DNA of 64,000 nt from Candidatus Roizmanbacteria bacterium RIFOXYC1_FULL_41_16 (GTDB lineage: Bacteria; Patescibacteriota; Microgenomatia; UBA1406), in assembly GCA_001788295.1 (NCBI GenBank), contig MGBO01000021.1:74003-138002 (forward strand). The letters run 5' to 3'. The first letter of the stretch is position 1. Each line of letters begins with the position of its first letter. The position numbers and the translations under genes are program-made. The notes under the pieces are model-generated. The model saw only the letters and a program-made list of their open reading frames with translations, ran no database searches and had not been told where the DNA came from. Positions 21,467 to 32,032 of this stretch are shown one piece after another.

Positions 21467-22534
21467 ATGAATCTCAGAATTGGTATTGTCGGGTTGCCAA
21501 ATGCCGGCAAATCCACGCTTTTTAATGCACTACTCAAAAAACAAGCCGCCTTGGCGGCCAATTATCCGTTTGCGACCATTGACCCTAATATCGGAATTGT
21601 GCAAGTGCCAGACGAACGGCTAAAAGTGCTGGCTGAAATTGTTAAAACCAATAAAATCGTGCCGGCCACTGTCGAATTTGTCGATATTGCCGGTTTGGTT
21701 AGAGGTGCCCACAGCGGGGAAGGCCTGGGCAACAAATTCTTGAGCCACATCAGAGAAACCAGCGCCATTTGTTATGTATTACGCTTTTTTAAAGATCCTG
21801 AAGTGATACATGTCAGCGATAGGGTAGACCCCAAAGAAGATCTGGCTATTCTCAACGAGGAATTAATTTTAGCCGATTTACAAACTCTAGAAAACCAAAA
21901 AGAGCCCAAAAAAAATGCCGGCAAAGAAGATCAATTGCGTTGGCAGTTGGTTAACACGCTTAAACGACATTTAAACAATAATCAACCAGCCAGGGAAATC
22001 AAACTTGACGAAGAGGAGCTGGAACTAATCAAATCCTTGAATTTGCTCACTCTTAAACCAGCTATTTATGTTGCCAATCTAGACGAAGATCAATTAAGTC
22101 AGAGTAGGGAAGTGTTGGCTGATTTTTCACTTAAGCCCGTGATTGCCTTGTCGGCCAAGATTGAGTCCGAGTTGATCGACGTTAAAGAAACAGAGCGCCG
22201 GGAATTTTTACAATCGGTTGGCATTGATGAGCCGGTTTTGAACAAACTGGCCAAAATCAGCTACGACACTTTGGGATTAATGTCATTTCTCACTGCCGGC
22301 ACTCTGGAAGCCCGCGCCTGGACCATTCCCAAAAACACTCCGGCTGTCACTGCTGCCGGAGTCATTCACACCGATTTTAGCCAAAAATTTATTAAAGCCG
22401 AAATTGTCACTTTTGCCGATTTTGTCAACAGTGGCGGCTGGACCAACAGCCGGCTGCAAGGCAAAGTCAGGCAAGAAGGCCGTGACTATCTGATGCAAGA
22501 GGGAGACGTCGTCGAGTTTAAAATCGGAGCTTAA
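21467..22534 (+). CDS. ychF: Ribosome-binding ATPase YchF
   Basis: GIVGLPNAGKST, NYPFATIDPN, DIAGLV, GLGNKFL, C-terminal TGS domain. Confidence 0.95.
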   Translation: MNLRIGIVGLPNAGKSTLFNALLKKQAALAANYPFATIDPNIGIVQVPDERLKVLAEIVKTNKIVPATVEFVDIAGLVRGAHSGEGLGNKFLSHIRETSAICYVLRFFKDPEVIHVSDRVDPKEDLAILNEELILADLQTLENQKEPKKNAGKEDQLRWQLVNTLKRHLNNNQPAREIKLDEEELELIKSLNLLTLKPAIYVANLDEDQLSQSREVLADFSLKPVIALSAKIESELIDVKETERREFLQSVGIDEPVLNKLAKISYDTLGLMSFLTAGTLEARAWTIPKNTPAVTAAGVIHTDFSQKFIKAEIVTFADFVNSGGWTNSRLQGKVRQEGRDYLMQEGDVVEFKIGA

Positions 22535-22550
22535 AAATTCCAGTCGTTTC

Positions 22551-24080
22551 TCACTGAATCGTCAGCCGGTAGTCTTCAACTTCACCGTGTCCTTGGTCGT
22601 CAACCATTACTCGAAGATAGATAAAATCTTTGGCAGTTGAAGGAACAATTAATTTAAAGTTCTGGGTGGCAGTTTGATTATTCTTGATCTCAAAAATTAG
22701 TTCAGGAGTCAGGCCACCCTTACCATCCCAATCCAGCCACACAGATAGTTGATAGCCATTCTGGCCAGGTCTTGTTAATTTAATCCGGCCGTCATAAACC
22801 TGAAGGCGATTAAGATTGAAAATGCCGGCTTCTAGTCCGTCAAGATACAAGCCGTCATCCCCGTCATCTAGACTTTTGGGCCCGGATTCCACTGTCACCT
22901 GATCACCTAAAATTACCGAATCCGATCGCGTTTCTATATAAACATTGTCAAAGTCGGCAAAAACACTACTGTTATTGTCAGACCAGTCGGCGAGTTCGGG
23001 TTGACCTGGCAAAGTGGTCGGCTCAGTGGTTTCACCGGGCAGAGCGGTTATCTGTGCTTGCAAAGAAATCGGATTAACCAAAATCAAAGCATTGCCCAAA
23101 ATCCGTTCATACAAGCCATCGATTTTTATTTGAGGCAAATTGGTTGATTTCATCATCAAACGGTCCCAAGACTCAATCCAATTTAAGTCAGAATCAATTC
23201 CACTGGAAAAATAATAAAACGAATGCTCGTTCGCAAATAAGAGATAACTTGCCAAATAAAATGGCTCTTTCGAGGCCTCATTTGTCACTTGAAAAATTAA
23301 CTTTTTGCCAGAAAAGCTGGGATTTTGAGCCAAATTGACTAAGAATTGATAATAACGTTTAAAGGTGGCCGGGTCGTTAGCAATTGCGGCAAAATCGCTC
23401 AACACCATCCCGTCGGTCTGCAACAATAACTGCTGAGTAAAATCCTCACTCTTGGAAACAATCGGCGCCCCTTCAAAAAACAAGGTCTGTCCGCTAAAAG
23501 ATTGCCTGATTTGAGCCATAAAATCAAGCAGACTAATCGTCCACCAATCATATTGTGGTCGGCAGCTTGGTGAACCGGCAATTATCGGACAACGATTAAG
23601 GCCGCTCAAATAAATGCCGTCAACATCAACCTTATTTAACTCCTGTGTCCAATAACTGAAAAAATGCTGGCGATATAAGGGATCACGAATATCCAAAGTC
23701 AAGTCACTAAGGAACCACTCTGGATGTTTAATCAGAATGGGATAGTCCAAGGCCAGGGTCGTTGTCTGAGCAATCGGTACTTCATAATAGATTTTAAAAT
23801 CAGGGTTGGCGTGCTTAAAAAGCGGAATAAGTTCATTCAACTGTTCCAAATTTTGATTGCTGAAAATCACACCCGAATATCGTTGAGTCAAAGTCCGGAT
23901 CTCTGATTCGGTCCAATTTTGATTGGTAAAAGTCACTCTGGGCAGAATTTTCAAAATACTGGTCAGGGAAGTCGCTGCTTTGGGTTTATAAGTCCGTCTT
24001 AAGGCTGGAAAAACCGCTACCATTAACAAAATGGCCAAACCCCAAGCCACCAAAAAACCGATGATTAGGAAACGCTTCAT
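22551..24080 (-). CDS. Membrane-anchored glycoside-hydrolase-like (TIM barrel) protein with C-terminal GEVED domain
   Basis: N-terminal TM; HPEWFL, DIRDP, DGIYL; C-terminal DDGDDG, WLDWDGKG, GEVEDY. Confidence 0.65.
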   Translation of the reverse strand: MKRFLIIGFLVAWGLAILLMVAVFPALRRTYKPKAATSLTSILKILPRVTFTNQNWTESEIRTLTQRYSGVIFSNQNLEQLNELIPLFKHANPDFKIYYEVPIAQTTTLALDYPILIKHPEWFLSDLTLDIRDPLYRQHFFSYWTQELNKVDVDGIYLSGLNRCPIIAGSPSCRPQYDWWTISLLDFMAQIRQSFSGQTLFFEGAPIVSKSEDFTQQLLLQTDGMVLSDFAAIANDPATFKRYYQFLVNLAQNPSFSGKKLIFQVTNEASKEPFYLASYLLFANEHSFYYFSSGIDSDLNWIESWDRLMMKSTNLPQIKIDGLYERILGNALILVNPISLQAQITALPGETTEPTTLPGQPELADWSDNNSSVFADFDNVYIETRSDSVILGDQVTVESGPKSLDDGDDGLYLDGLEAGIFNLNRLQVYDGRIKLTRPGQNGYQLSVWLDWDGKGGLTPELIFEIKNNQTATQNFKLIVPSTAKDFIYLRVMVDDQGHGEVEDYRLTIQ

Positions 24081-24095
24081 TTTACTAGTAATATA

Positions 24096-25118
24096 TCACA
24101 AAATGAGCATGGCGTCGCCAAAGGAATAAAAACGGTAGCGGTGTTTGACGGCGTACTCATAAAGGGCCAGAGTGCGCTTCCGATCGTTGATAAAAGCACA
24201 AATCAGCAACAATAAACTCGATTTGGGCAAGTGAAAATTAGTCAGTAAGCCATTCACCAATTTAAATCGGTAGCCGGGCTTAATGAATATTTTTGTTTCA
24301 CCAGACAAATCAAGCGTTTTGGTAATCTCCTCCAGAGTTCGGACCACAGTTGTTCCCACAGCAATAATCTTTTTCTTGGCCCGATGATTGTCCATTATTT
24401 CCTGCCAAGCTCGCTTGGAAACTTGATAATATTCTCCGTGCAGTTGATTGCTGACAAAATGGCGTTCTGTCAGCGGCGCAAAAGTACCCATGCCCACATG
24501 CAAAGTTACAAATTCCTGTTTAATTTTTTCCCTGGTTAATTTTTGCAACAAGCGCTTGGTAAAATGCAAAGAGGCGGTTGGGGCGGCGATAGAACCATAT
24601 TGTTTGGCAAAAACAGTTTGATATTGGTTTTGCAGTTTGGCCAAAGAATCCGGATTTTTAATATACGGAGGAATCGGCATTTGACCAAACTTTTCCAAAT
24701 ATGCAATCAGTTCGGTCACAGACAAGTCGGTCTTAAAAAAGTAATCGCGCTCAGTTTGCTTAATCACTCTAATTTTGAGCCCGCCGTTAAGGACAAGCTC
24801 TTCATTAAGGGCAATGGCGCGGGAAAACAGCGCTTGATAAACACCCGGACTGGTTGTTTTAACCATCAGTATTTCGCATTTGCCGCCGGTCTGGCGGTGA
24901 GCCATGATCCGGGCCGGAATGACCTTGGAGTTATTCATTACCAGCAAAGATCCTACCGGTAAATATTTGGCCAAATTATAAAAACGGTCGTCGATAATTT
25001 TATTTTCATTCCGATAATACACCAGCAATTTAGCCGAGTCGCGCGGAGAGCTGGGTTTTTGGGCAATCAAGGACTTGGGCAGATAGTAATCATAGAGCGA
25101 CAAGTCCTGGTATTTCAT
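24096..25118 (-). CDS. queA: S-adenosylmethionine:tRNA ribosyltransferase-isomerase
   Basis: LIAQKP, PPYI, YQTVFA, AAPTASLHFT, VGTTVVRTLE, TNFHLP, FYSFGDAM. Confidence 0.95.
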   Translation of the reverse strand: MKYQDLSLYDYYLPKSLIAQKPSSPRDSAKLLVYYRNENKIIDDRFYNLAKYLPVGSLLVMNNSKVIPARIMAHRQTGGKCEILMVKTTSPGVYQALFSRAIALNEELVLNGGLKIRVIKQTERDYFFKTDLSVTELIAYLEKFGQMPIPPYIKNPDSLAKLQNQYQTVFAKQYGSIAAPTASLHFTKRLLQKLTREKIKQEFVTLHVGMGTFAPLTERHFVSNQLHGEYYQVSKRAWQEIMDNHRAKKKIIAVGTTVVRTLEEITKTLDLSGETKIFIKPGYRFKLVNGLLTNFHLPKSSLLLLICAFINDRKRTLALYEYAVKHRYRFYSFGDAMLIL

Positions 25119-25138
25119 TATTGTTTTTTCTGGTTTAT

Positions 25139-26056
25139 TTACTTTTCTTCAATCAGCTTACGATTGTAAGAGATCAGGTCGGCAATGAAACCCAGAATAA
25201 TAATGTTAAAACCAATTCCCAATAAAATTGAAGAAATTACCAAAGACTGCACATGGCCGGAAGGGTCGTTTTGCACAAAGGCAAAATAACCAAATCTCAA
25301 TAAGCCCAATAAACCGCTCAAACTCAAAATACCACCCAAATAACTAAAAACCGATAAAGCTCGATAAAGCAAAACTGCCCGCAAAATAGTGGCACCGGAT
25401 TTGAAAACGTGGTTGAGCACGCCTTTAGAAATCAAGCGACTACCACCGGTTACTCGCCGAGAAAAAGTCACCGGAATTTCCAAAATGGCAAATTCACGAA
25501 AATGAGCAGCAATCAACATTTCATGAGTATAGGTATGAGTAGAAAAGATATGAACCTTGCGAACAAGCTCACCGGTCATGGCCCGAAAGCCACTGGAGGC
25601 ATCCTCAACCTTAATTCCGGTCAACCATCGAATCATAAAGCTGCCCAAAAGATTACCGTATTTCTTGGCAAACGGCATATGTTTGAGCTTAGCCACCTGA
25701 CGATCGCCAATTACCAGATCAGCCCGATTTTCCAAAATCGGCTTTACCAGTTTAATAATCTCTTGCTGATCATATTGATTGTCGGCGTCAGTGTTTACCA
25801 AAACGTCAGCCCCAAGCTTGACCGCTTGAGTGGCTGCGTGAGCAAAAGTGCGCGCCAATCCAAAATTGCGCTTATGCCTAAACACATAGTCAGCTCCAAA
25901 ACGTTTGGCAACAGCGGCAGTCTGGTCTTTAGAACCGTCGTCATACACCAAAACCTTAACCATATCAAATCCCTTAATCTGGCGAGGAATTGATTTAATC
26001 ACCTGGCCAAGGGTTTTTGCTTCATTATATGCCGGAATGGTCACAAAGAGTTTCAT
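25139..26056 (-). CDS. Glycosyltransferase family 2 (polyprenyl-phosphate sugar synthase-like)
   Basis: IPAYNE, DDGSKD, DADNQY, DASSGFR; two C-terminal TM helices. Confidence 0.9.
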   Translation of the reverse strand: MKLFVTIPAYNEAKTLGQVIKSIPRQIKGFDMVKVLVYDDGSKDQTAAVAKRFGADYVFRHKRNFGLARTFAHAATQAVKLGADVLVNTDADNQYDQQEIIKLVKPILENRADLVIGDRQVAKLKHMPFAKKYGNLLGSFMIRWLTGIKVEDASSGFRAMTGELVRKVHIFSTHTYTHEMLIAAHFREFAILEIPVTFSRRVTGGSRLISKGVLNHVFKSGATILRAVLLYRALSVFSYLGGILSLSGLLGLLRFGYFAFVQNDPSGHVQSLVISSILLGIGFNIIILGFIADLISYNRKLIEEK

Positions 26057-26076
26057 TACAGTATTATACTATAACG

Positions 26077-27783
26077 TCAATATCCCAACGGACAGTAGAT
26101 AATTGATTCCTGAGAAGTAAATCTAAAGTCCAAACTGCAATTGCTGGGTAGAGCAAAACGATGGTTCTTTCTGGTCAGAATCCGTCGCGGCTTATTGTCA
26201 TAACTATCACAATTTTTTAAATATTGATAAGGATAGAGAAAATGATAAAGATAGTAGGTCTCCGAGCTAATGCCATCTTTATGAATACAGATCGGGATAT
26301 CGGCGGTCTGATAGTTACTCAAAGCCAAGTCCCATTCATTAATCACTTTTTGGTACTTAGCCATCACCCAGGTCGGAGTCGAAAGAGTATTGTTAATGGC
26401 AAAAAGAGTTGTCCAAACAAAAAAGATTAATAAACCACTCAGTAACCAAAACCGCTGGTTTTTAATAATCGAGTAGACAATAAAACCAACCAAAGCCACC
26501 AAAATCCAAGAAAGCCAAGCCTGCTCTTTAAACAACAGGAAAAAATATACGGACATGGTGTTGCCGAATTTATAATCTAATTTCGGCAGTTTAAAAATAA
26601 AGTAATAAACAAAATAAGCCAACACCAGCCAGATTGCCGGATGAATTTTCAACTTGGCAGAGGCGGTTTGAAAATATTTTAGAAAGTCAGTCGCTCCATA
26701 AACAAACAACAAAACCAGAGCCGGATCCAAATAGCGGCTGAATACCAGGTATTGCGGATTTCTGGCCGTGCCAATAAACATATGGGCAAAGGTCAAAAGC
26801 AAAGAAAAACCAAAAATAAAAATGGTCCACAGCCGGGGCAGCAACAAATACCATTCTTTTTTATGCCATTCTTTTCTAAACTCAAAGTAAGAAAAGATCG
26901 GCAAAACAAAAAACAGCCAATACAAACTCAAAGTAATCTCATTTCGCAGCAGAGTAAAAGAAAAACGCGGCTGCATTAATCCCTTAATAAAAGAGTCAAT
27001 ATAAGTGGTTTTTTCATAAAAACCCTTGTCGGGCAAAAACAATAATCGGCTAAGATAATTCCAGACATAATAAAAAAAGACTGTTAAAAGACTGAAATAA
27101 ACCAAGCTTTTAAGCCGGTTGAAAGATTGGGCACGGTATTGAAAGTAAATTACTAATAAAACTGCCAAAGCAAAGGCCGGCAACAAAATTATTCCAAACG
27201 AGCGGATAATTCTGGTGAAATAAATAAACAGTCCCAAAATGACTGCGGCCAAAAATAAACTCCCGCGCTTATTTAGATCATCACGAACAATAAATTTAAG
27301 TGCCGTAATGAGCGCCAAAAGCATAAAAATAAACAAAGTTTCGGACATGATGTTAGATGAATAAATGAAAAGGGGAGGGTAGAAGGCGACAAGCAAGCTC
27401 ACCCACAAGCTGCCGCTCAACCAAAAAACCAAGAACGGAATGAGCGAAGAAATAAGCATGGTACCAATCAAACTGATCTTGTACTGAACCAGCGGGTTTT
27501 TGATAAAACCGGTAAAAGCAGCCAAAAACAAGGGCCAGCCGGGCGGATATAATTGCGGATCCCGCGATAGTTGAGACAAAAAATTACTGCGTACTATCTG
27601 GCGGGCCGTATCCAAATATATGTATTCGTCAAAAATAATCCAGGGAATTTTAATATAACCATAAACCACCAAGCGTACGACAAAAGAAACACCGATTATT
27701 AAAAGCAGTTTCCGATAAGTGGGCTTAAAAAAAACTAACAAAACAGACCAGATTTGCTTAAATGACCGTACGCGTTTCTTCAT
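26077..27783 (-). CDS. GT-C-like polytopic membrane protein
   Basis: DEYIY, YPPGWP, MSETLF, RYLDP. Confidence 0.65.
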   Translation of the reverse strand: MKKRVRSFKQIWSVLLVFFKPTYRKLLLIIGVSFVVRLVVYGYIKIPWIIFDEYIYLDTARQIVRSNFLSQLSRDPQLYPPGWPLFLAAFTGFIKNPLVQYKISLIGTMLISSLIPFLVFWLSGSLWVSLLVAFYPPLFIYSSNIMSETLFIFMLLALITALKFIVRDDLNKRGSLFLAAVILGLFIYFTRIIRSFGIILLPAFALAVLLVIYFQYRAQSFNRLKSLVYFSLLTVFFYYVWNYLSRLLFLPDKGFYEKTTYIDSFIKGLMQPRFSFTLLRNEITLSLYWLFFVLPIFSYFEFRKEWHKKEWYLLLPRLWTIFIFGFSLLLTFAHMFIGTARNPQYLVFSRYLDPALVLLFVYGATDFLKYFQTASAKLKIHPAIWLVLAYFVYYFIFKLPKLDYKFGNTMSVYFFLLFKEQAWLSWILVALVGFIVYSIIKNQRFWLLSGLLIFFVWTTLFAINNTLSTPTWVMAKYQKVINEWDLALSNYQTADIPICIHKDGISSETYYLYHFLYPYQYLKNCDSYDNKPRRILTRKNHRFALPSNCSLDFRFTSQESIIYCPLGY

Positions 27784-27841
27784 TACAATTTCATTATACA
27801 AAAAATTCGTTCTGTCAAATACAATTTGCTATTATTAACTT

Positions 27842-28774
27842 ATGTCGTTAAAAGAAGCTGTTCTGCGATTTCTGGAATTCTGCGAACTGGACCGGAATCT
27901 GTCTCCCAGAACTGTCAAAATGTACGGCTACTATCTCTTTTTTTTTCAGGAATGGCTGGAGAAAAACTTTGTTGATCCGGCCGAAAATGTTTGTCACCTG
28001 AATGAGCAGCATCTGCGCCAGTTCCGACTTTATTTATCTCAGCAATATCTTAATCCTTACAAAGGGGCGCTCAAACGCCAGTCACAAAACTATTTTTTAA
28101 TTGCCATCCGTTCGCTCTTGCGTTATCTGGTCAGGCAAGAGGTTGATGTGATTTCGCCTGATAAAATACAGCTTGGCAAAACCCGGGACCGTGAAATTCG
28201 TTTTTTGCCATCAAGCGATTTGGATTTGCTCTTTAAGGCGGTCAACACCCGTTCCCGCTCGGGTTTACGCGATCGCTCCATTATGGAAGTCTTGTTTTCG
28301 ACCGGCCTGCGTGTCTCTGAGCTTTCAGCCATCAATCGCGACCAAATCAATGTCAATAAGGGCGAGTTCAGTATTATCGGCAAAGGCGGCAAAGCCCGGG
28401 TCGTGTTTTTGTCGCGTCACGCCATTGAATGGCTCGAACGTTATCTCAAAACCCGCAACGACGAATCGCCGGCCGTTTTTATCCGTTATCGCGGCAAAAC
28501 TGCTAAGACGCCAGAAGAGCTTCGTCTTTCGCCGCGCCAAGTCGAGCGCCTGATTGAAAAATACCGTCTCAAAGCCGGAATTACCCGAAAAATTACGCCA
28601 CATGTGTTACGTCACAGCTTTGCCACTGATCTACTCACTCATGGCGCCGATTTGCGTTCGGTTCAGGAAATGCTCGGCCACAAAAACATTGCCACCACCC
28701 AAATCTACACTCACGTCACCAATCCCAGGCTACGGGAAATTCACGAAAAATACCACAGCGGCAACAAATCTTAA
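27842..28774 (+). CDS. xerC: Tyrosine recombinase, XerC/XerD family
   Basis: RD...[28 protein letters not shown]...TTQIYTHV. Confidence 0.85.
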   Translation: MSLKEAVLRFLEFCELDRNLSPRTVKMYGYYLFFFQEWLEKNFVDPAENVCHLNEQHLRQFRLYLSQQYLNPYKGALKRQSQNYFLIAIRSLLRYLVRQEVDVISPDKIQLGKTRDREIRFLPSSDLDLLFKAVNTRSRSGLRDRSIMEVLFSTGLRVSELSAINRDQINVNKGEFSIIGKGGKARVVFLSRHAIEWLERYLKTRNDESPAVFIRYRGKTAKTPEELRLSPRQVERLIEKYRLKAGITRKITPHVLRHSFATDLLTHGADLRSVQEMLGHKNIATTQIYTHVTNPRLREIHEKYHSGNKS

Positions 28775-29697
28775 AGCCACCGTTTCCTGAAGAAAAAATA
28801 GAGTGAAAAAATAATCAAAGACAGACACAAAAGCAAAATAGTTAAGTATGCCATTGGATCTTGTGCCATCGGCAGCTTCACGTTCATTCCATAAAACGAG
28901 GTAATGATGTTAGGCAAGTTTAAAATAATAGTCAAAGAAGTCAAAAATTTCATGGTGATATTCAGGTTATTGGAGATTACCGATGCATAGGCATCCATGG
29001 TGCTGTTGATATTGTTCATAAAAATAGTGACTGTTTCCAATAACTCTTTATTTTCAATAATCATGTCTTCCAAAATTTCCTTGTCGGCCGGAAAAATCTC
29101 AATCTTTTTGTTAACAATAATTTTCTCAAACAACATTCCATTATTAATGAGGGCCGAATGAAAATAAGTAATCGTTTTTTGAATTTCCAAAAAAGAAATC
29201 ACCTCAGCGTTGGCCTGTGAATGCAGCAGTCGATGTTCCACTCTGGTGGTAATTTCTTGAAGTTCCTCCACATACCGGTCAAAATAATAGTTGGCATTTT
29301 TGATCAAATACAGCAAAAAGCGAGTTCGTTTGCTGGTATAAAAACCATTCATCTTATCGGTTAAAAACCGATTAACCACTTCGTTTTCTTTAGCGCAGAT
29401 TGTAATAATATTGTATTCATTCACAACCACACCAATTGGGATAATTAAAAACTTGGTTTCTTTTTTTACCGGAATCCGGATAATAAACAGCTTCCAGTTC
29501 TTAACCGTATCAATTCTCGAGCGTTCTTTCAAATCCAAAGATGCGTGTACAAACTCGGCCGGAACTTTATACTTATTCACCAGCTCCTGAATTTCTTTTT
29601 CAGACGGATCGATCACATTTATCCAATCACCATGACGTACTAGCTTCACCTCAGCAAGACGATCGGCTTGCTGGGTTTTACGCAGAATAAGAATCAT
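28771..29697 (-). CDS. corA: CorA-family Mg2+/Co2+ transporter
   Basis: ISNNLN..MK, YGMNV signature, two C-terminal TM helices; TATAAT 6 nt before ATG 29697. Confidence 0.9.
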   Translation of the reverse strand: MILILRKTQQADRLAEVKLVRHGDWINVIDPSEKEIQELVNKYKVPAEFVHASLDLKERSRIDTVKNWKLFIIRIPVKKETKFLIIPIGVVVNEYNIITICAKENEVVNRFLTDKMNGFYTSKRTRFLLYLIKNANYYFDRYVEELQEITTRVEHRLLHSQANAEVISFLEIQKTITYFHSALINNGMLFEKIIVNKKIEIFPADKEILEDMIIENKELLETVTIFMNNINSTMDAYASVISNNLNITMKFLTSLTIILNLPNIITSFYGMNVKLPMAQDPMAYLTILLLCLSLIIFSLYFFFRKRWL

Positions 29698-29960
29698 AAA
29701 AAAATTATACAGACTCCCCAATCAAAATGAAAGCAGGGAAGAGGCAAGTATGATCGACTTTTAAGGACAATTAGCCTTGTAAAACAGGCCAAAACACCAA
29801 ATTTAACCCAAAAGGCCTTGGCCAAAAAAATCAGGCCAATAAGCAGATAACAGGGAAAGACAATAAAGAAATTGTTAGAGAAAAAAAGCAAAATAAACAA
29901 ATAAAAAGATGAGTAAATGATCACCAAAAATATCTCTCCCCCCTGTGAGCGAACCACAAG

Positions 29961-29988
29961 ACGTCGTTAAAGATATATTATACGACAT
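29961..29988 (-). other. Candidate dif-like Xer recombination site
   Basis: ATGTCGTATAA-TATATC-TTTAACGACGT: 11-6-11 layout, arms 8/11 symmetric. Confidence 0.4.
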
Positions 29989-30462
29989 TAGGTATTGCTC
30001 CACTTTGGCAGATACACACCCTTAATTGCCACTGAGTCCACCAGGTGCAACCATAATCAAAGTAAGACATCCCTGTTTCTAGGGAGTAGCACTTACTCTC
30101 ATAGAGAGTAATTAACACAACACAACCTCTTTCAAATCGCGGTGTTAAATCTGCTAACATAGGGTCTTCTCCTATAGCTTGCTCTTCCGTTCAGATGCGT
30201 GTTGAGTTTAGAGCCTCGTTTCTTTCTAAAATATGAATTTATTCGGGAAATTGAGCCTAGGGGCCTAATAGATAGGTGCTTAGTTTGGAGCATAACAAAC
30301 ATCCGTTATTTTATTTGGATTGATATAACAGTCCAGACAATTCAGTGTCTTTTTCCACATTCTTTTCACGAACGTGAATATTATAGGATAGTAGAACTAT
30401 AGGATATTGTCCGGATTTCTCTCTTCCCTCTCCCCGCCTTTGTGACCAATCAGTTAATTTCT

Positions 30463-31260
30463 CTAACCCCAAGAAGCTGTCGCAAAAATTAATATTGTCA
30501 GAAGCAAAAAAACAATTAAATATTCACGAACCCGTTCCTTAAAGACCGTATCGGTCATAATCTCCTGGGTGAGTCCGGAAAGCAAATAGATTATCGCCAC
30601 TGTATATAGAGCATAGATATTGGTCTTAATAGGCATGAAATTAAGAATAAAGATCGCGCCTGATAAGAGTACGGTTTCAATCGTGGCAAATTTATATACT
30701 CGTTCCTCCAGTACTGATTTCGGATTGGCAGCCCAGGTACTGTGAAATAAAAGCGGCCAAGCCAAAAGCATTCCAAAAAAAGTATTGAGCAAAAAGTGGA
30801 GACGGAACGAATATAGCACGGTATAAAGCAGGAAAAAAGCCAATAGACTCAGAAAATTAGAGACAGAGTAAGCGGCTCGATATAGCGGTAGACTCTTCTC
30901 TACTCCGACATTAAAGATGTTCACGCTTAATATCGAAGCATACATGCCGATTCCCAAAACAGCTAGATACGGGATCCGGGTCAGCCAGCGAACAGGTAAA
31001 AGATAGTAAAAAAGCAACAGGCTGATGGCCAAAGAGATCGGCAAAATAAACAACACCAGCCACTCAATATTCTCAATATCCTCAAGAAGAGCGATATAAG
31101 TCGCTCCATACACAATTACAATATCAATCGGAATCAAAAAAACTGCGACTCGAATTGGAAACAAAACAATAATCAAGTTAAAAGCCAAAATTATGGCAAC
31201 AGCAATCAAAAGTCGCTGACGCTTGTCAATCTTACGTAACAAATTATATAGGTGTTTCAT
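30463..31260 (-). CDS. Integral membrane protein (DUF5656-like)
   Basis: About 8 TM helices, NIFNV...LYRAA, REY motif; follows yebC. Confidence 0.6.
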   Translation of the reverse strand: MKHLYNLLRKIDKRQRLLIAVAIILAFNLIIVLFPIRVAVFLIPIDIVIVYGATYIALLEDIENIEWLVLFILPISLAISLLLFYYLLPVRWLTRIPYLAVLGIGMYASILSVNIFNVGVEKSLPLYRAAYSVSNFLSLLAFFLLYTVLYSFRLHFLLNTFFGMLLAWPLLFHSTWAANPKSVLEERVYKFATIETVLLSGAIFILNFMPIKTNIYALYTVAIIYLLSGLTQEIMTDTVFKERVREYLIVFLLLTILIFATASWG

Positions 31261-31262
31261 AA

Positions 31263-31970
31263 TTAGGCGAGATTAGTATACACTTCCTGAATTTCTTCCA
31301 AAGAGCTTAATTTCTCAATTAAGGAATAAACTGCCTCCGCTACCTGAGCGTCGACTTCAATTGTCACTTTGGGTTTATAAACGAGCTCCGGGGCTTTACT
31401 AAAACCAAGCTCCGTAGCCTTTTGCCAAGCCTCATTGAATTGATCAAGCAAAACATAAACATAATAGGTCTTGTCCTCCTTAACAAAATCAACCGCTCCA
31501 AGAGCCTCAATCAGATTAAGTATCGCCTCTTCCGGATAATTCTCAATTGTAAACATGGTCAGTAGATCATAATTGTACATCACCGCTCCCTTGGCCACTA
31601 ATTTTGCACCGGCTTTATCCAGAATAATTTTAATGTCGGTTTGGGTCCGTCGAGAGTTATCGGTGGCGGTTTTAATAAGGTAAGTCACACCGTGCTGGCC
31701 AATCGCTTCGTAGACCACCTCGGTCACGTGCTGAGCCTTATCCTTGATCCGATCGAGCAATCGGGCAATGTTGTCTTTGGGCATATTGACTTCTCTCGCC
31801 TTTGCCAAAGCGGCCCGCAGCCGAATGTTCTGGTTCGGATCAGTCACATTGCCGGAAAGAGTCACGGCCAGTAGAATCTCGCGGCTGACTTTGGAAAACT
31901 CCCTGCCCTTTTGCTGATCGTTGGCCTCTTTTTTACGCTTGATCGTTGACCAGTGCGAATGTCCAGACAT
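31263..31970 (-). CDS. yebC: YebC/PmpR family protein
   Basis: MSGHSHWSTIKRKK, NMPKDNI, TDN..RT, VYTN. Confidence 0.92.
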   Translation of the reverse strand: MSGHSHWSTIKRKKEANDQQKGREFSKVSREILLAVTLSGNVTDPNQNIRLRAALAKAREVNMPKDNIARLLDRIKDKAQHVTEVVYEAIGQHGVTYLIKTATDNSRRTQTDIKIILDKAGAKLVAKGAVMYNYDLLTMFTIENYPEEAILNLIEALGAVDFVKEDKTYYVYVLLDQFNEAWQKATELGFSKAPELVYKPKVTIEVDAQVAEAVYSLIEKLSSLEEIQEVYTNLA

Positions 31971-32032
31971 ATTTTATGAGTATATCATAAACAGCTTGAC
32001 TTTTGACTGACCTCGGCTATACTTTACAGTTA

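Noticed and set aside
25119..25138. preQ1 riboswitch for queA or tgt
   Set aside because: Only about 20 bp of upstream intergenic space in both cases, with no matching motif
25409..25993. Long antisense ORFs (e.g. 25409-25993, 60590-61123)
   Set aside because: Shadows of well-supported genes on the opposite strand, with no recognisable motifs
27842..28774. Integron integrase or prophage integrase
   Set aside because: 310-aa Xer-like protein without the IntI-specific insertion; no attC array or phage genes nearby
29700..30200. M-box (ykoK) Mg2+ riboswitch upstream of corA
   Set aside because: Conserved M-box segments were not found, and corA has a -10 box 6 nt before its ATG (leaderless)
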